A stretch of 64,000 bases of DNA from Podarcis muralis. Its lineage: Eukaryota. The DNA lies in assembly GCF_964188315.1 (NCBI RefSeq), contig NC_135671.1, positions 38,006,001 to 38,070,000 of the forward strand. Reading direction: 5' to 3'. Below the pieces are notes generated by a model. The model made no database searches and was not told where the DNA came from. It saw only the letters and a list, made by a program, of their open reading frames with translations. The position numbers and the translations under genes were made by a program. Below, in pieces: positions 37,401 through 49,157 of the stretch (positions are counted from its first letter, which is position 1; each line of letters starts with the position of its first letter).

Positions 37401-40400
37401 TTATATAGTGATCTTTAGTACATATTAAAGAGCTTTCATAAATAATAATTTTAGAGCTTTTATAAATAATAATTTCTATAATTTTTATAGAGCTTTTTTT
37501 TTTAGGGACGCGGGTGGCGCTGTGGGTAAAAGCCTCAGCGCCTAGGGCTTGCCGATCGAAAGGTCGGCGGTTTGAATCCCCGCAACGGGGTGCGCTCCCG
37601 TTGCTCGGTCCCAGCGCCTGCCAACCTAGCAGTTCGAAAGCACCCCCGGGTGCAAGTAGATAAATAGGGACCACTTATAAGCGGGAAGGTAAACGGCGTT
37701 TCCGTGTGCGGCTCTGGCTCGCCAGAGCAGCGATGTCACGCTGGCCACGTGACCCGGAAGTGTCTCCGGACAGCGCTGGCCCCCGGCCTCTTAAGCGAGA
37801 TGGGTGCACAACCCTAGAGTCTGTCAAGACTGGCCTGTACGGGCAGGGGTACCTTATAGAGCTTTTAACTACATTATCTCAGATATCCTTTACAATGCTG
37901 TAAGATATGGAGAAAATAATACTGACCTATCACAAATGGGAGATTGGAGGCTGATAGAATAGAAGCTTGGGGTATGTCACACTTTTAAATTGTGTCTTAC
38001 TCCCCATCTTCAGAGGCTGAGGCTGTGGGTTCAGAGGAGACACCAGACTGCCCTGGAAGCTCTGGCACAAGAGGAGCCTGTTTTTGCCAGCACCTTTCTA
38101 GCACTTATTGCCTTGTTCTACCTTGACTTACCGTACCTTCCTTTGCTTTGCCAGAGCCTGGACTTTGCTTTATCTCGCCTTGCTTTGCTTGACTCTGTGC
38201 TGCCCTGGCTGAACCCTGGACTTTACCCTGCTCTGCTGGACCTTGAACTCTTGTCCTGCTTCTGCCAGAACTTTCATGCTGCTGTGGCCATCACTTGGAA
38301 CAGAACCAGGTTATTTGAGGGAGGGCCTTCTCCTGTACAAACCATCCAGGTCACTGTGGTCTGTAGATGGGGCTTTCATGACTGTGCCACATTTTTAAAA
38401 TGCAGAAATAATGAGACCCTTTTATTGTGAGAAAAACGCAATTGTTGGTGCCCAACATAGGATGTGCCTTGTTACCTTGGTGAGGGCTCTGCATCAATTT
38501 CCTGCCCCACATATTGTCCTTAATTGTAATCCCCACAGATGCAAGGAGTCAAGTTTCTCTCTTAGCAAATATCCACCACTTATTTCACCCTTATTCGCTA
38601 GAATAATGTGAAATAAATTATTCCTTTTGTTGCTCACACAGCGCTGTCTCCATAGGTACAATCTAGCCTTCAGCTTCACCCTGGGTGCTTCCAAACTGTT
38701 GTTGTGTAGGACTCAATCGCATATTGGCCACTTCAGGTTGCACAATTGCAGTTGATTGGAAAGTGTTGTACAACAAACCCACAGCCCTAAAAGATTTGAC
38801 TCTTTGTGATCAGAAAACTGATACGGAAATGTACTGGAAAGTGTGCTTTAAACACAATGTCATCTAATCTCCCTGTAAACAAATCAGCCTCAATTAAAAT
38901 GCCATTTGGAAGCAGCCCATGTAATAATAATAATTACTACTACTACTACTAATATTTATATGAATACCTACTGAGACAATCCACAAAAAGCAAATGGATC
39001 ATAATGAATTACTGTTGAAACAATAAATATTTTGGGGGGGAGGGTGCCAAATTTTGTCCTCGCTCAGAGCACCACATTAAAGTCCCCCCCTGCATACTTT
39101 CACCTCTTCCCTGGGGCCAGAGTTATTTCTGTGTTCTCCCCTCCCCTAGGGAACAGAAGACTCGGATGCTGGACTTCTACTCCTACGAAGACAGACATCC
39201 AGACCGGCCTGATGTCTTCGCTCGCGAGCCCTTCATCGTCCGCGTCAGCATTCCAAACAAAAGTAAGGGGCCCAGGACATCTCAGGGGTTCTCTTTCTGC
39301 ATGGGGGAAAGTGGGGAGCTTGAACTTCCAGAGGGTGATATCTGGGTTTGATATCCATTTTGTTTTATGGAAAGTAGAAGGGTTGGATGCTATTCTGGAG
39401 GAAGGGTTTTGCATGTGGGTTAAACCACAGAGCCTAGGACTTGCTGATCAGAAGGTTGGCGGTTCGAATCCCCGTGACGGGGTGAGCTCCCGTTGCTCGG
39501 TCCCTGCTCCTGCCAACTTAGCAGTTCAAAAGCACATCAAAGTGCAAGTAGATAAATAGGTACCACTCTGGCGGGAAGGTAAACGGCGTTTCCGTGCGCT
39601 GCTCTGGTTCACCAGAAGCCGCTTAGTCACACCAGCTCCCTCGGCCAGTAAAGCGAGATGAGCGCAGAAACCCCAGAGTCGGCCACGACTGGACCTAATG
39701 GTCAGGGGTCCCTTTACCTTTACCTATAAAGCTGATTAGGTGCAGAATCAGAAGTCTTTCCTCTTCTTCCTCTTTTTTCTTTTTTCTTTATTTAATCTCT
39801 TTTAGTTTTTAATATTAAAAATGCTTGGTATTTGAAGTTAACTTTGGTGTATTATTTTTTCTCTTTTTTCCAAGCACTAATAAAAAAACATTATAATAAA
39901 ATAATAAAAAAGAGGGCTGAGAGTTATTAGGAGACTCCTATTCCCCTTACAGAGCTACAGTTTCCAGAGTTCTCTGGAAAGAAGGATTGACTGTTAAACA
40001 ACTCTGAGAATTGTAGCTCTGCGAGGATATTGGGGGAGTGGTCTCCTCTCAGCACCCTGAGCAGACTATAGTTCCCAGGATGATTGGGGGGGTGTTGAAA
40101 GCCATGACTATTTAAAGTGGCATGATACTGCTTTAAACCTATAGTGTAGATGCAGTCTAAGAGACCACCTACTTTACTCCTGCATTTTCTCATATCATCC
40201 AAGCAAAGATCTGTTGACAATAGCATTCATACAGCATGACTAGTTTGGACATAATAGAAAACCATGGGTTTTTGTTATGTGAACAAGCTGCAACAAACCT
40301 TGTTTTTGTGTATTCCACATTCTGCTTTATCATATGCTAGAGTAGGAAATCAGAAGTATCCAGACAAACCATAGTTCCTGTGATGTATGAACTCAGGGAA

Positions 40401-43400
40401 ATATGATTTGCTCGAATTATGTTTAGTGAGAGCAAGCCAGGATCAAAATGTTGGTTTCAGATCTTGTTTTGTTTTCAAACCGTAGGGGCTATATTGAGTT
40501 GGAATTCCAAGTTGCCTAGATTACTCTGTACCTTTTTCTCCATTTCCATTCTTGAGAACTCAAGGAGCTGGTGTTGATCCCACAGCACACAATGCCCAAG
40601 GCAGCTGAAACTGAAATAGATGCTCTCTATGATGTTTTCCTGAGTGTGAAGGAACGCTGGGGCACAGAGGTAAGGGATGGGGACTTGCAAGGGAGCTGAG
40701 GTTTAAGAGAATGGCAGGGGATTTGCTGTCTCACCGTGCATCTACATGGGAAATTTTTCTGCTGCTTCACTGCTGCAGCCACTACTGACCATGTCCAGCC
40801 ATTGTAATGTTTGCAGTCTTGTTGACCATTGGTAGATATCATGGACTGGCTGGAAGCAGAGGAGTCATGGGAAGCACCAGCTGGGGAACCCCAAGGGGAA
40901 GAAGGCTCAGAGCCAGGGGAGTGGTTCTGGGATGGCGATGAGTGGTCAGAGGAAGCAGTCTGGAAGGAGGTGTCAGAAGCTGAAGAGGTAACAGGGTTTA
41001 GTGAGCAGGAAGAGGCTGTGGCAGAGAGCAGTCCAAAATCAGAGGTATAAGTGGAAGTTGGGGAGGGGGGAGAGGCAGAGTTCAGGCAGGCTGCTGAAGA
41101 AGCCAAGGAGTTTCCCCTTCAAACTACAACCAGCCCCCCTTTCCCCTGGTCTCCCAGAAAGCAAAAAGGGCAGAGCAAAGACAGACAAGGCAAAAAAGTC
41201 TCAGATTGCTTGGGAAGGACCAGGGTGTGTGAGAGAGAGAGACTTAGAGAGCAGTGGGAAGGCAGGGATCTTCAGTCCTCACAACTGCCCCATTGGGGCA
41301 AGACCTAGCTGGAAGAATTGCTGTGCTCATTAGGCCTGAGCTGTTTTGTTTCTTTGAATAAAGAGTTAACTTCACTGACACCTTGTAAGTTATTGCTGAC
41401 TGGCAAACGGCTTCCACCTTGACAGTAGATTCTGCCATATTGGAAATATGTCTGGATGAAGCATGTGATGCCACCACAACCAATACAGCTTGCATCTCAG
41501 ACAGAGCACAAGGCAAGATGTTGAGCCAAGTATATGAGATAGCACATATTGGAGAAGCTGGTCCTTTAGGTAACCAGGCCCCAGGCGGTTAGGTTTCCTG
41601 TCCTGCTCCTTGACATAAAAAGTTCCTCTCCCCTAATCTGAAGGACAAACACCATCTCTGCTTGAGAACCTGGCAACTGCTTATTTTCCAACCAGCATCT
41701 CTTTTCTGCTCTCACTAATCCCGTTGCTCACTTAACGGATCTTGGCCAGCTGATTTTTTCTCTTTCTTATTCCTCCCCAGGATATGATTTTCTTGGGTGA
41801 TTTCAATGCTGACTGTGGCTATGTGGCAAAGAAACGCTGGGGACAAATCCGCCTACGCCAAGACCCTGGCTTTCATTGGCTCATCGGTGACAATGCTGAC
41901 ACCACCGTTCGGGACACAACCCACTGTGCCTATGACAGGTGAGATCCTGGAACCAGCCTTGCTGGTCAGGGGATGAATTGCATGATCCACTCTACTCTAA
42001 CCCATGCCTCACTCTTCCTTACACCTAAACAGGATTGTGGTCCATGGAGAACGCTGCCTGGCTGCTGTGGTGCCTGGATCTGCTCAGCCCTTCAACTTTG
42101 CCAAAGAATTTGGGCTCTCAGAAGCAGAGGTACCTGGAAATTCCGGTTGGGAGGGGGAAATTGCTTGCTGATAAACACATAGTATGGTATGTTTCCGCAT
42201 GCACTGGGCCGGTGACATGTTGGGACAGCCCCATCGTCATCATGGCAGCCATGAAGTCCTGAGCCAGTTGCTTTGGCATGAATGTTGAAGTCCCACAGAA
42301 CCAGCAGCCTGGGAGTCCTCAGCACCGCCTCTGAGACCAGCTCTGTCAATTCAGGCAGGGAGACTGCTGGGCGGCGAGGTGGGCGGTAAACCAGCAGAAT
42401 CCCTAATCTGTCCTGATTTCCCAGTGCCAGGATCCCCCCAACTGGACAGAAAGCCTGGAGAGAGATGAAATGTCTATAGACCACAGCAACTCCCCTCCCT
42501 GACCCTCAAGTCTGCCCTGATGTTGCACCACGTAACCAGGTTGGCATAGCTGGGTGAGACCAATTCCACCCTGCACACCCACCCAGGTCTCAGTGATGCA
42601 GAGCAGGTTGGCTTCTGCCTCTGCTGTGTGCCCCTTACCTGCCCTGTCCCCCCCCACCCCCCCCAGAGCCACTGTGATTGGGGTCACCTCTGCCTCCCCC
42701 AGCTCCTCTTTACCCAGAACACATTCTACATTCCTTATTTTAAAACAACAAAACCTAATTTCAAAACACACGTTAGTAGCAGTTAAAACAATTTAAAACA
42801 TTTTAAACAATTAGGGCAATAATAACAGCAGTGCAAACCCCCAACAAATGCCCCTAACAATATCTGAACCCAAGAGTCTGTTCAGCCCCCTCAGCTTTGC
42901 TGCTGGAGTCAGTCAGTGGAAAAGCCCTGCAAGGCGGGGAGTAGGTCTTCCAGGACTGAGAGCCAAGGTGGTTGATGCTTCTTCCTTACCTGGAATGGAG
43001 GGAGTGTGATTGCATGTAGAAACTCTCCTAAAGTACAAAAAGTTACATTATTCATTATTGCATTTCCCCCTACCTTTTCCTCCAAGGAGTTCAAGGGGGC
43101 ATATACAGTTCTCCCTCTCAACCCCCACAACATCCCTGTGAGGTCGGTTAGTCTAAGAGGCAGCGATTGACCCAAGGTCTCCCAGTGAGCTTCATGGTCA
43201 AGTGGGGATTTGAACCCTGGTCTCACAGGTCCTAGTCCGACCCTCTAACCACTACACCATACTAGCGCTCAGTTGCTCCTCTCACTTCTGCTACTGTCCC
43301 CACCCACCAGCCCCCAAGCTGAAGAAGGTTCCCCACTCCTGATATAGAGCGTTACAGGGTTGCCCATGCCTGCATTAAAGCACTGGAATCTGCTATGGAA

Positions 43401-43617
43401 AGGAACCCTTTTTTTGTACAGGGAATAGAAACCAGATCTCTTGTTGCCCAGCTCCTCATTTTCTCTTTACCTGCTGTTTCAGGCTTTGGAGATCAGCGAC
43501 CATTATCCTGTAGAGGTGGAACTGAACAGAGCCCATTGGAGATGCCAGCAAGCCAGTCCAGCTGGCCTTGTGTTGCTGGCCTTAGTCATGCTGGCTGGCT
43601 CAGGATATGGCATCTAA
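34451..43617 (+). CDS. DNASE1L1: Deoxyribonuclease-1-like 1 (DNase X), copy A, 311 aa, with signal peptide and GPI-type hydrophobic C-terminus
   Basis: Exons 34451-34594, 35323-35411, 37259-37345, 39150-39262, 40557-40669, 41781-41938, 42033-42129, 43483-43617 (936 nt). FRICAFN, LQEV, DVFAREPF, PQHT, GDFNADC, THCAYDR, ISDHYPVE; tail ..PAGLVLLALVMLAGSGYGI*. Synteny with RPL10/TAFAZZIN. Confidence 0.93.
35844..36052. mobile_element. Same MITE family, copy 4
   Basis: TIRs, TA flanks, small internal deletion. Confidence 0.8.
37505..37855 (+). mobile_element. Sauria SINE, full length, young
   Basis: GGGACGCGGGTGGCGCTG start, B-box-like GGTTTGAATCCC, AGGTAAACGGCGTTTCCGTG core, CpGs intact; TTATAGAGCTTTT on both flanks. 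Confidence 0.88.
39412..39725 (+). mobile_element. Sauria SINE, slightly 5'-truncated
   Basis: GGTTCGAATCCCCGTGACGGGGTGAGCTCCCG..CCCTTTACCTTTACC. Confidence 0.85.
40837..41424 (+). mobile_element. Solo LTR (probably Gypsy-type) in intron 5 of DNase copy A
   Basis: Termini TATCA (from TGTCA)..TGACA; 5-bp TSD GTAGA at 40832-40836 / 41425-41429; internal AATAAA near the 3' end. Confidence 0.75.
42190..42850 (-). mobile_element. Degraded LINE endonuclease fragment (L2/CR1-like) in intron 7 of DNase copy A
   Basis: Frameshifted LLCITETW, LLVYRPP, LVLWDFNIH motifs. Confidence 0.7.
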
Positions 43618-45779
43618 AGCTGTTCTGATACCAGGGGTCCAAATGCTGGTGGCTGCCTTGACTCTACAGTGACAGAAGTGTTGAACTGCCAAGAGGATTC
43701 CCTTTTTAAAATGAGAATGGATGGCTTGCCTGTGGTCACCCATGGAGTGTGCTTTGACATGGGACTTTCACAGTTCACACTTGGTCAGCCAGCATATTAT
43801 GTTTTTGTTGCCCCTGCAGTCCAGTACAAGCAGATTTCAAACACTGAAGGAAGCACTATATTGATGCAGTCGGAGCCCCCTCTGCAGCAGAAGGGAACGT
43901 GGATCTTTCAGCACAACTGGACCACTTATAGGAAGGTGAATTCTGTCTGGCAACTGCACCAAAGAAGATTTGCATGGATTTTCAGGCACCCTCATTCTCT
44001 TGCAGAGTCCAGCCTTCCCAGGACCAGATCTGGGTACTGTTTCAGGCTGCTTCAGAAATTCGCAAAAAGGGAATCAGCCGGCTGCTGATGAAAGTTTGTG
44101 TCACTGCTCAGTTACAATCAAAGAATTGGGGATGGGCCTTGAAAAGGGCCAACGAATCATCTGACCTTTTGCCAGAAGGACCTATCTACACACAGTACAG
44201 ACATGGGACTGTACCGTTCTGGACTACAGGTGGGGTTCATTGAAACGGAATGCTGCTCTGTGTCAAAAACTCTCTCTCTGTGAAAAGCGGGCATATCAGA
44301 GAGAAGGAGGCCCCATCTGCACCATTTAAAACAGGATCACAGGACCTTAACCAGCCATGGTTTCCCCCAAAGCATCCTAAGGAGAGTGGTAAGTGAAGGG
44401 TGTTGAGAGTTGCTAGGAAGCCCCTGTTCCTCTCACAGAGCTACAATTCCCAGAGTTCCCTGGGCAGAGGGATTGACTGTTAAACTAGTCTGAAAATTGT
44501 AGCTCTGGAAGGAGAATGGGGGTTGCTCCTTGTAGTTCTCAGCACCCTTAAGAAACTAGAGCTCCCAGGATTGTTTGGGGAGCCATGGTTGTTTCAAGTG
44601 GCATGATACTACTCTAAAGGGGTGGTGCAGCCAAAGCCAGAAGCTGCTATCATTCTCCCAGTTGTGTTACTTCCCAGGGTGCAGGGAGGGTTTTTTTTAA
44701 TAGGAGGTGGAGCCTACCTGCATTTTGAAGTAGCACAGTCCCAATAAAGCTCCACAGAGGACTTTTTCCACATGAGTAAATCTCAGTACTCAACCTAAAA
44801 AAAGTCTTCCAAGCAGAGGCATATGAAGGGGGGGCAGTGGGGGCAGACCGCCCCAGGTGCCCTCACTGAGGGGGGTGACATTTGGTGTGCTCACGACTCC
44901 CAAGCCTATCCTAAGCAGTTGGGGTAAGGGGGGAGCTGCGCCGTTTTTCAGGGGGCATTCCCCCCTTCCCCCTTCGTTTTGACAGCTTGGGGGAGGTTTG
45001 GGAGTCACTGGCGAGCAGCGTGCTGAATGTCGGCCATGGACAGCTTGCTCCACCCCCATGAGCGGCTTGCTCCGTGCAGGGCACACATGCTGCTCCAGGC
45101 ACCCTCCGCGCCATGCCCCCCTTGGGAGTGCACCCGCCCTGGGCAGTGTGGGCATATGCTGTGCCACTGCTTCCAAGCCAAAAAACATACAGCAGAACTT
45201 CACCACCTTTCTAATCCTTCTCCTACTGCTGAAGTGCTCTTTAGGAAGAACTATTAATGAAGTGCAGCCGAGATCTACCTCTCAGTCGCCTAAATAATTT
45301 ACCTCTTGTACTTCTTCCTCACCCACAGTTGATAGGGTGCTCTATCAGCAGGTCAGCGTGCTCACTGATCAGGCTTTTCCATCCCTGCCTTTTTTAAAAA
45401 TAATAACAGGTCATATGTGCTATTCGTCCTGAAAAACAGGCAGTCTAGGTGAAAGAAAAAATGGTAAAGGACATACAAAGAGGAACCGTGTTCTCAGAAT
45501 GGGAAGTGGCACTGAAACTTTTTGCCATTTTTGACTCAGGGAACATTCTCCCAGGCAACAATATGACAGAGCGCTCTCTCTCTCTCTCTCTCGTGTGTGT
45601 GTGTGTGACAGAAAGAGAGAGCACATTGTTTGTGTAATCTCATCCTTTTACGCTATAGGAATCAGTAGATGCCTATTTTCTCCTGTATATAGAGGTGCAC
45701 AGTAACATAGGAAGATGCTTTAATGATGACTCAAACCACTTGTCTGTCAGTCTTCTCTGGTTGTGGCTCTGTAGGGCTT

Positions 45780-48700
45780 GGGGGCTCTGTAGCAGGCAGG
45801 AACTTCTGAAGGTCGGGTTACAGTGTGAACAAGCTGTAAGAGCTGATTATTTTCGCCCAGATAACGTTCCTGTGGGAGTAGCCAGGCCACCGGGCTCTCC
45901 ATGGATTACTATGCCTCCAGGGAGGAGGCGAAGGCGGCGTAGAGACAGGAGGCAAAGGCGGGGTTGTCGGGCTGGCGTCCTGGTAAGATTGCAGAGGAGT
46001 CCATCTAAACCACCGCTCCCTAGCATATTTCTTGCTAATGTGAGATCTCTTGCCAACAAGATGGATGAATTGAGGCTGCAGGCAGCAAAGAACAGCCTTG
46101 TAAAAGATTGCTGCGTTTTATTTGTCATTGAGACATGGCTTCAACCGTCCATACCAGACACAGCTATTCAGTTGGAAGGCTGTGCGGTACATCGTCATGA
46201 CCGAGGCATGGACTTCGGAAAAACCAAAGGAGGGGGGCTGTGTGTATATGTGAACAAATACTGGTCCAATAATTCGAAGACTGTGGGCAGTCACTGTTCA
46301 CCGGATTTGGAATATGTGGCTGTTAAATGTAGACCAGCCTATCTCCCTAGGGAGTTCACAGCTGTTATGTTAACTGGTGTGTACGTGCCACCAGATGCCA
46401 ATGCCAACCTGGCTTTGGGATGCCTGCAGAGCCTTATCAGCAGCCAGCAAGACAAGTATCCTGAAGCTGTGCACATCATTGCGGGAGACTTCAACCATGT
46501 TGAACTTAAAACAGTGCTCCCAACGCTCTATCAGCATGTGAAATGTCCCACAAGAGGGGACAAGACACTGGATAAAGTTTATTCGAATGTAAATCACGGC
46601 TATAGGGCTTTACAGCTGCCACACTTGGGCCAGTCCGACCATATGTCTCTGTTCCTGGTACCAGCATATATCCCACTCAGGAAACGGGCTCCCACAATAT
46701 TAAAATCTGTTAAAATCTGGCCTGAAGGTGCTATTCACCAGCTGCAGGACTGTTTTGAGAGAACCAATTGGGATATTTTCGATCGTACAGACCTGGAGGA
46801 ACACACGGCGGCAGTTCTGTGCTATATCAATCACTGCACAGACACTGTCACAGTAAATAAATCCATCCGGTTTTACCCCAATCAGAAACCCTGGATGAAT
46901 AGAGAGGTCCAGTGCCTGTTGCGGGAAAGGAACAGGGCTTTCAGGTCAGGCGAGGTGCAGCTTTACAGTGTGGCAAGAGCAAACTTGAAGAGGGGTATTC
47001 GACGGGCAAAATTGGATTATAGGCTGAGGATTGAGGATAATTTAAGGAGCAACAACACAAGACAGATGTGGCAGGGGATTCAGCATATTACCAACTACAA
47101 ACCTAACCTTGGTGCTGTCGACGGTGACCCTTTGCTGGCGGAGGAGCTTAACCTCTTCTTTGCTCGCTTCGGGAGGGAGCCACCTGAGACGCCGGTATTA
47201 CAGCCACCAGCCCATAGGGGCCCCTCATTCACGGTAGAGGAGCATGAGGTGAGACAGGTATTGAGGATGGCGAATCCGAGGAAGGCGGCTGGACCTGATG
47301 GCATCACTGGAAAGGTGTTGAAGGGCTGTGCGGATCAGCTGGCGAGGGTCTTTACTAAGATCTTCAATAAGTCCTTAAACCAGTCTATTGTCCCACCCTG
47401 CCTGAAGTCGTCAACTATTGTCCCTCTGCCTAAAAAATCCACAATCAGTAGTTTGAATGACTACAGACCAGTTGCACTGACTCCAATCATCATGAAGTGT
47501 TTTGAGAAACTGGTGCGCCGTCACATTATTTCCTGTCTTCCATCAACTTTTGACAACTACCAGTTTGCATACAGGGCAAATAGATCCACAGAAGACGCTA
47601 TCACCACCACTCTCCATGCTGCTCTGTCCCATCTGGAGCAGCCGGGGAGTTATGTGAGGCTGCTGTTTGTGGATTTTAGCTCTGCTTTTAACACTATCCT
47701 CCCCCATAGACTGGTGTCCAAGCTAGAGGCGATTGGACTCTCCAACTCCACCTGTCTCTGGGTTTTGGATTTTTTGTCAGAACGTTCTCAGAGGGTTAGA
47801 GTAGGGTCACATATGTCCACAGCCCTTAGCCTTAACACCGGCTCACCACAGGGTTGTGTGTTGAGTCCCCTGCTCTATGCTCTCTATACGTATGACTGTA
47901 CAGCCATCTATTCCAGCAACAAAATCATCAAGTTTGCTGATGACACTACGGTGGTAGGGCTCATTTCAGGAGGGGATGAGTCCGCCTATCGGGACGAGGT
48001 GGAGCGGCTCTGTGTTTGGTGTGGAGAGAACAATCTGGCTCTTAATACGGCTAAGACCAAGGAATTGGTGGTGGATTACAGGGAAAAAAAGGCGGACATT
48101 CAGCCCTTGTATATCAACGGGGAACGGGTGGAGAGGGTGGCGGAATTCAGGTTTTTGGGAGTAACTATCGATCAGGGCATGACTTGGAGCGCAAATACCA
48201 CTGCTCTGGTGAAGAAGGCCCAGCAGAGAATTTATTTCCTCAGACTTTTGAAGAAGAACAATCTGAGTGAGAGACTGCTGGTGTCCTTCTACCGAGGCTC
48301 CATAGAGAGCATTCTTACATACTGTATTTGTGCTTGGTTCTCCAGTTGTACAGCTAGGGAGAGGAAGGTGCTCCAGAAGGTCATAACCACAGCCCAAAGG
48401 ATTATTGGTCATCCTCTCCCATCTTTGGAAGAACTGTATGGTTCCCGTTGTCTTAGGAAAGCAAACAACATCCTGCAGGATTCATCTCACCCGGGACACA
48501 GTCTGTTTGCACTACTGCCTTCTGGCAGGAGATATAGAAACATCAAGTCAAGGACAAATAGACTGAAAAACAGTTTCTATCCAAGAGCTGTGGCCTTTTT
48601 GAATGCTGTAACTCGATAGTGTGACCTGGGAGTTTGATGGGTGTTGGTGTGGGTGTGGCTGGAATGTGGTTTGTTTGGTTGTTGTTGTTGTTTTGCTTTT

Positions 48701-48806
48701 GTTGTTTTTAAGGGATGGCATCCAATTTCGTTGCACTTGTGCAATGTTGCACTTGTGTAATGACAATAAAGAATCTATTCTATTCTATTCTATTCTATTC
48801 TATTCT
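45780..48806 (+). mobile_element. Rex1/Babar-type non-LTR retrotransposon with intact APE endonuclease + reverse transcriptase ORF
   Basis: Stop-free frame through 48619 (902 aa from ATG 45911): RRGCRAGVLVRL..PPLPSIFLANVRSL, ETWL, GDFNH, SDH, KAAGPDG, DYRPVALT, FVDFSSAFNT, GSPQGCVLSPLLY, FADD. 3' UTR with AATAAA and (CTATT)n tail; flanking duplication 45718-45779 / 48805-48866. Confidence 0.88.
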
Positions 48807-48932
48807 TTAATGATGACTCAAACCACTTGTCTGTCAGTCTTCTCTGGTTGTGGCTCTGTAGGGCTTCAGGCAGGGGTCTGGCCTAGTCCTGCCTGGAGAT
48901 GCTGGGGACTGAACATGGGAATTTTGCATGTA

Positions 48933-49157
48933 CAGTGGTACCTCGGGTTACATACACTTCAGGTTACAGACTCCACCAACCCAGAAATAGTACATCGGGT
49001 AAGAACTTTGCTTCAGGATGAGAACAGAAATCGTGCTCCGGCGGTGCGGCAGCAGCAGGAGGCCCCATTAGCTAAAGTGGTGCTTCAGGTTAAGAACAGT
49101 TTCAGGTTAAGAACGGACCTCCAGAACGAATTAAGTACTTAACCCGAGGTACCACTG
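48933..49157. mobile_element. Same MITE family, copy 5
   Basis: TIRs and TA flanks. Confidence 0.85.

Noticed and set aside
40829-41050. Acidic Trp/Glu-rich 73-aa ORF
   Set aside because: Lies within the TSD-flanked solo LTR
45695-45910. N-terminal 72 aa of the listed 974-aa ORF
   Set aside because: Starts in flanking host DNA and reads through the TSD; not a genuine start
42190-48619. LINE endonucleases (same EEP fold as DNase I) inside and between the DNase genes
   Set aside because: No fusion or shared exons visible; LINE density makes coincidence likely
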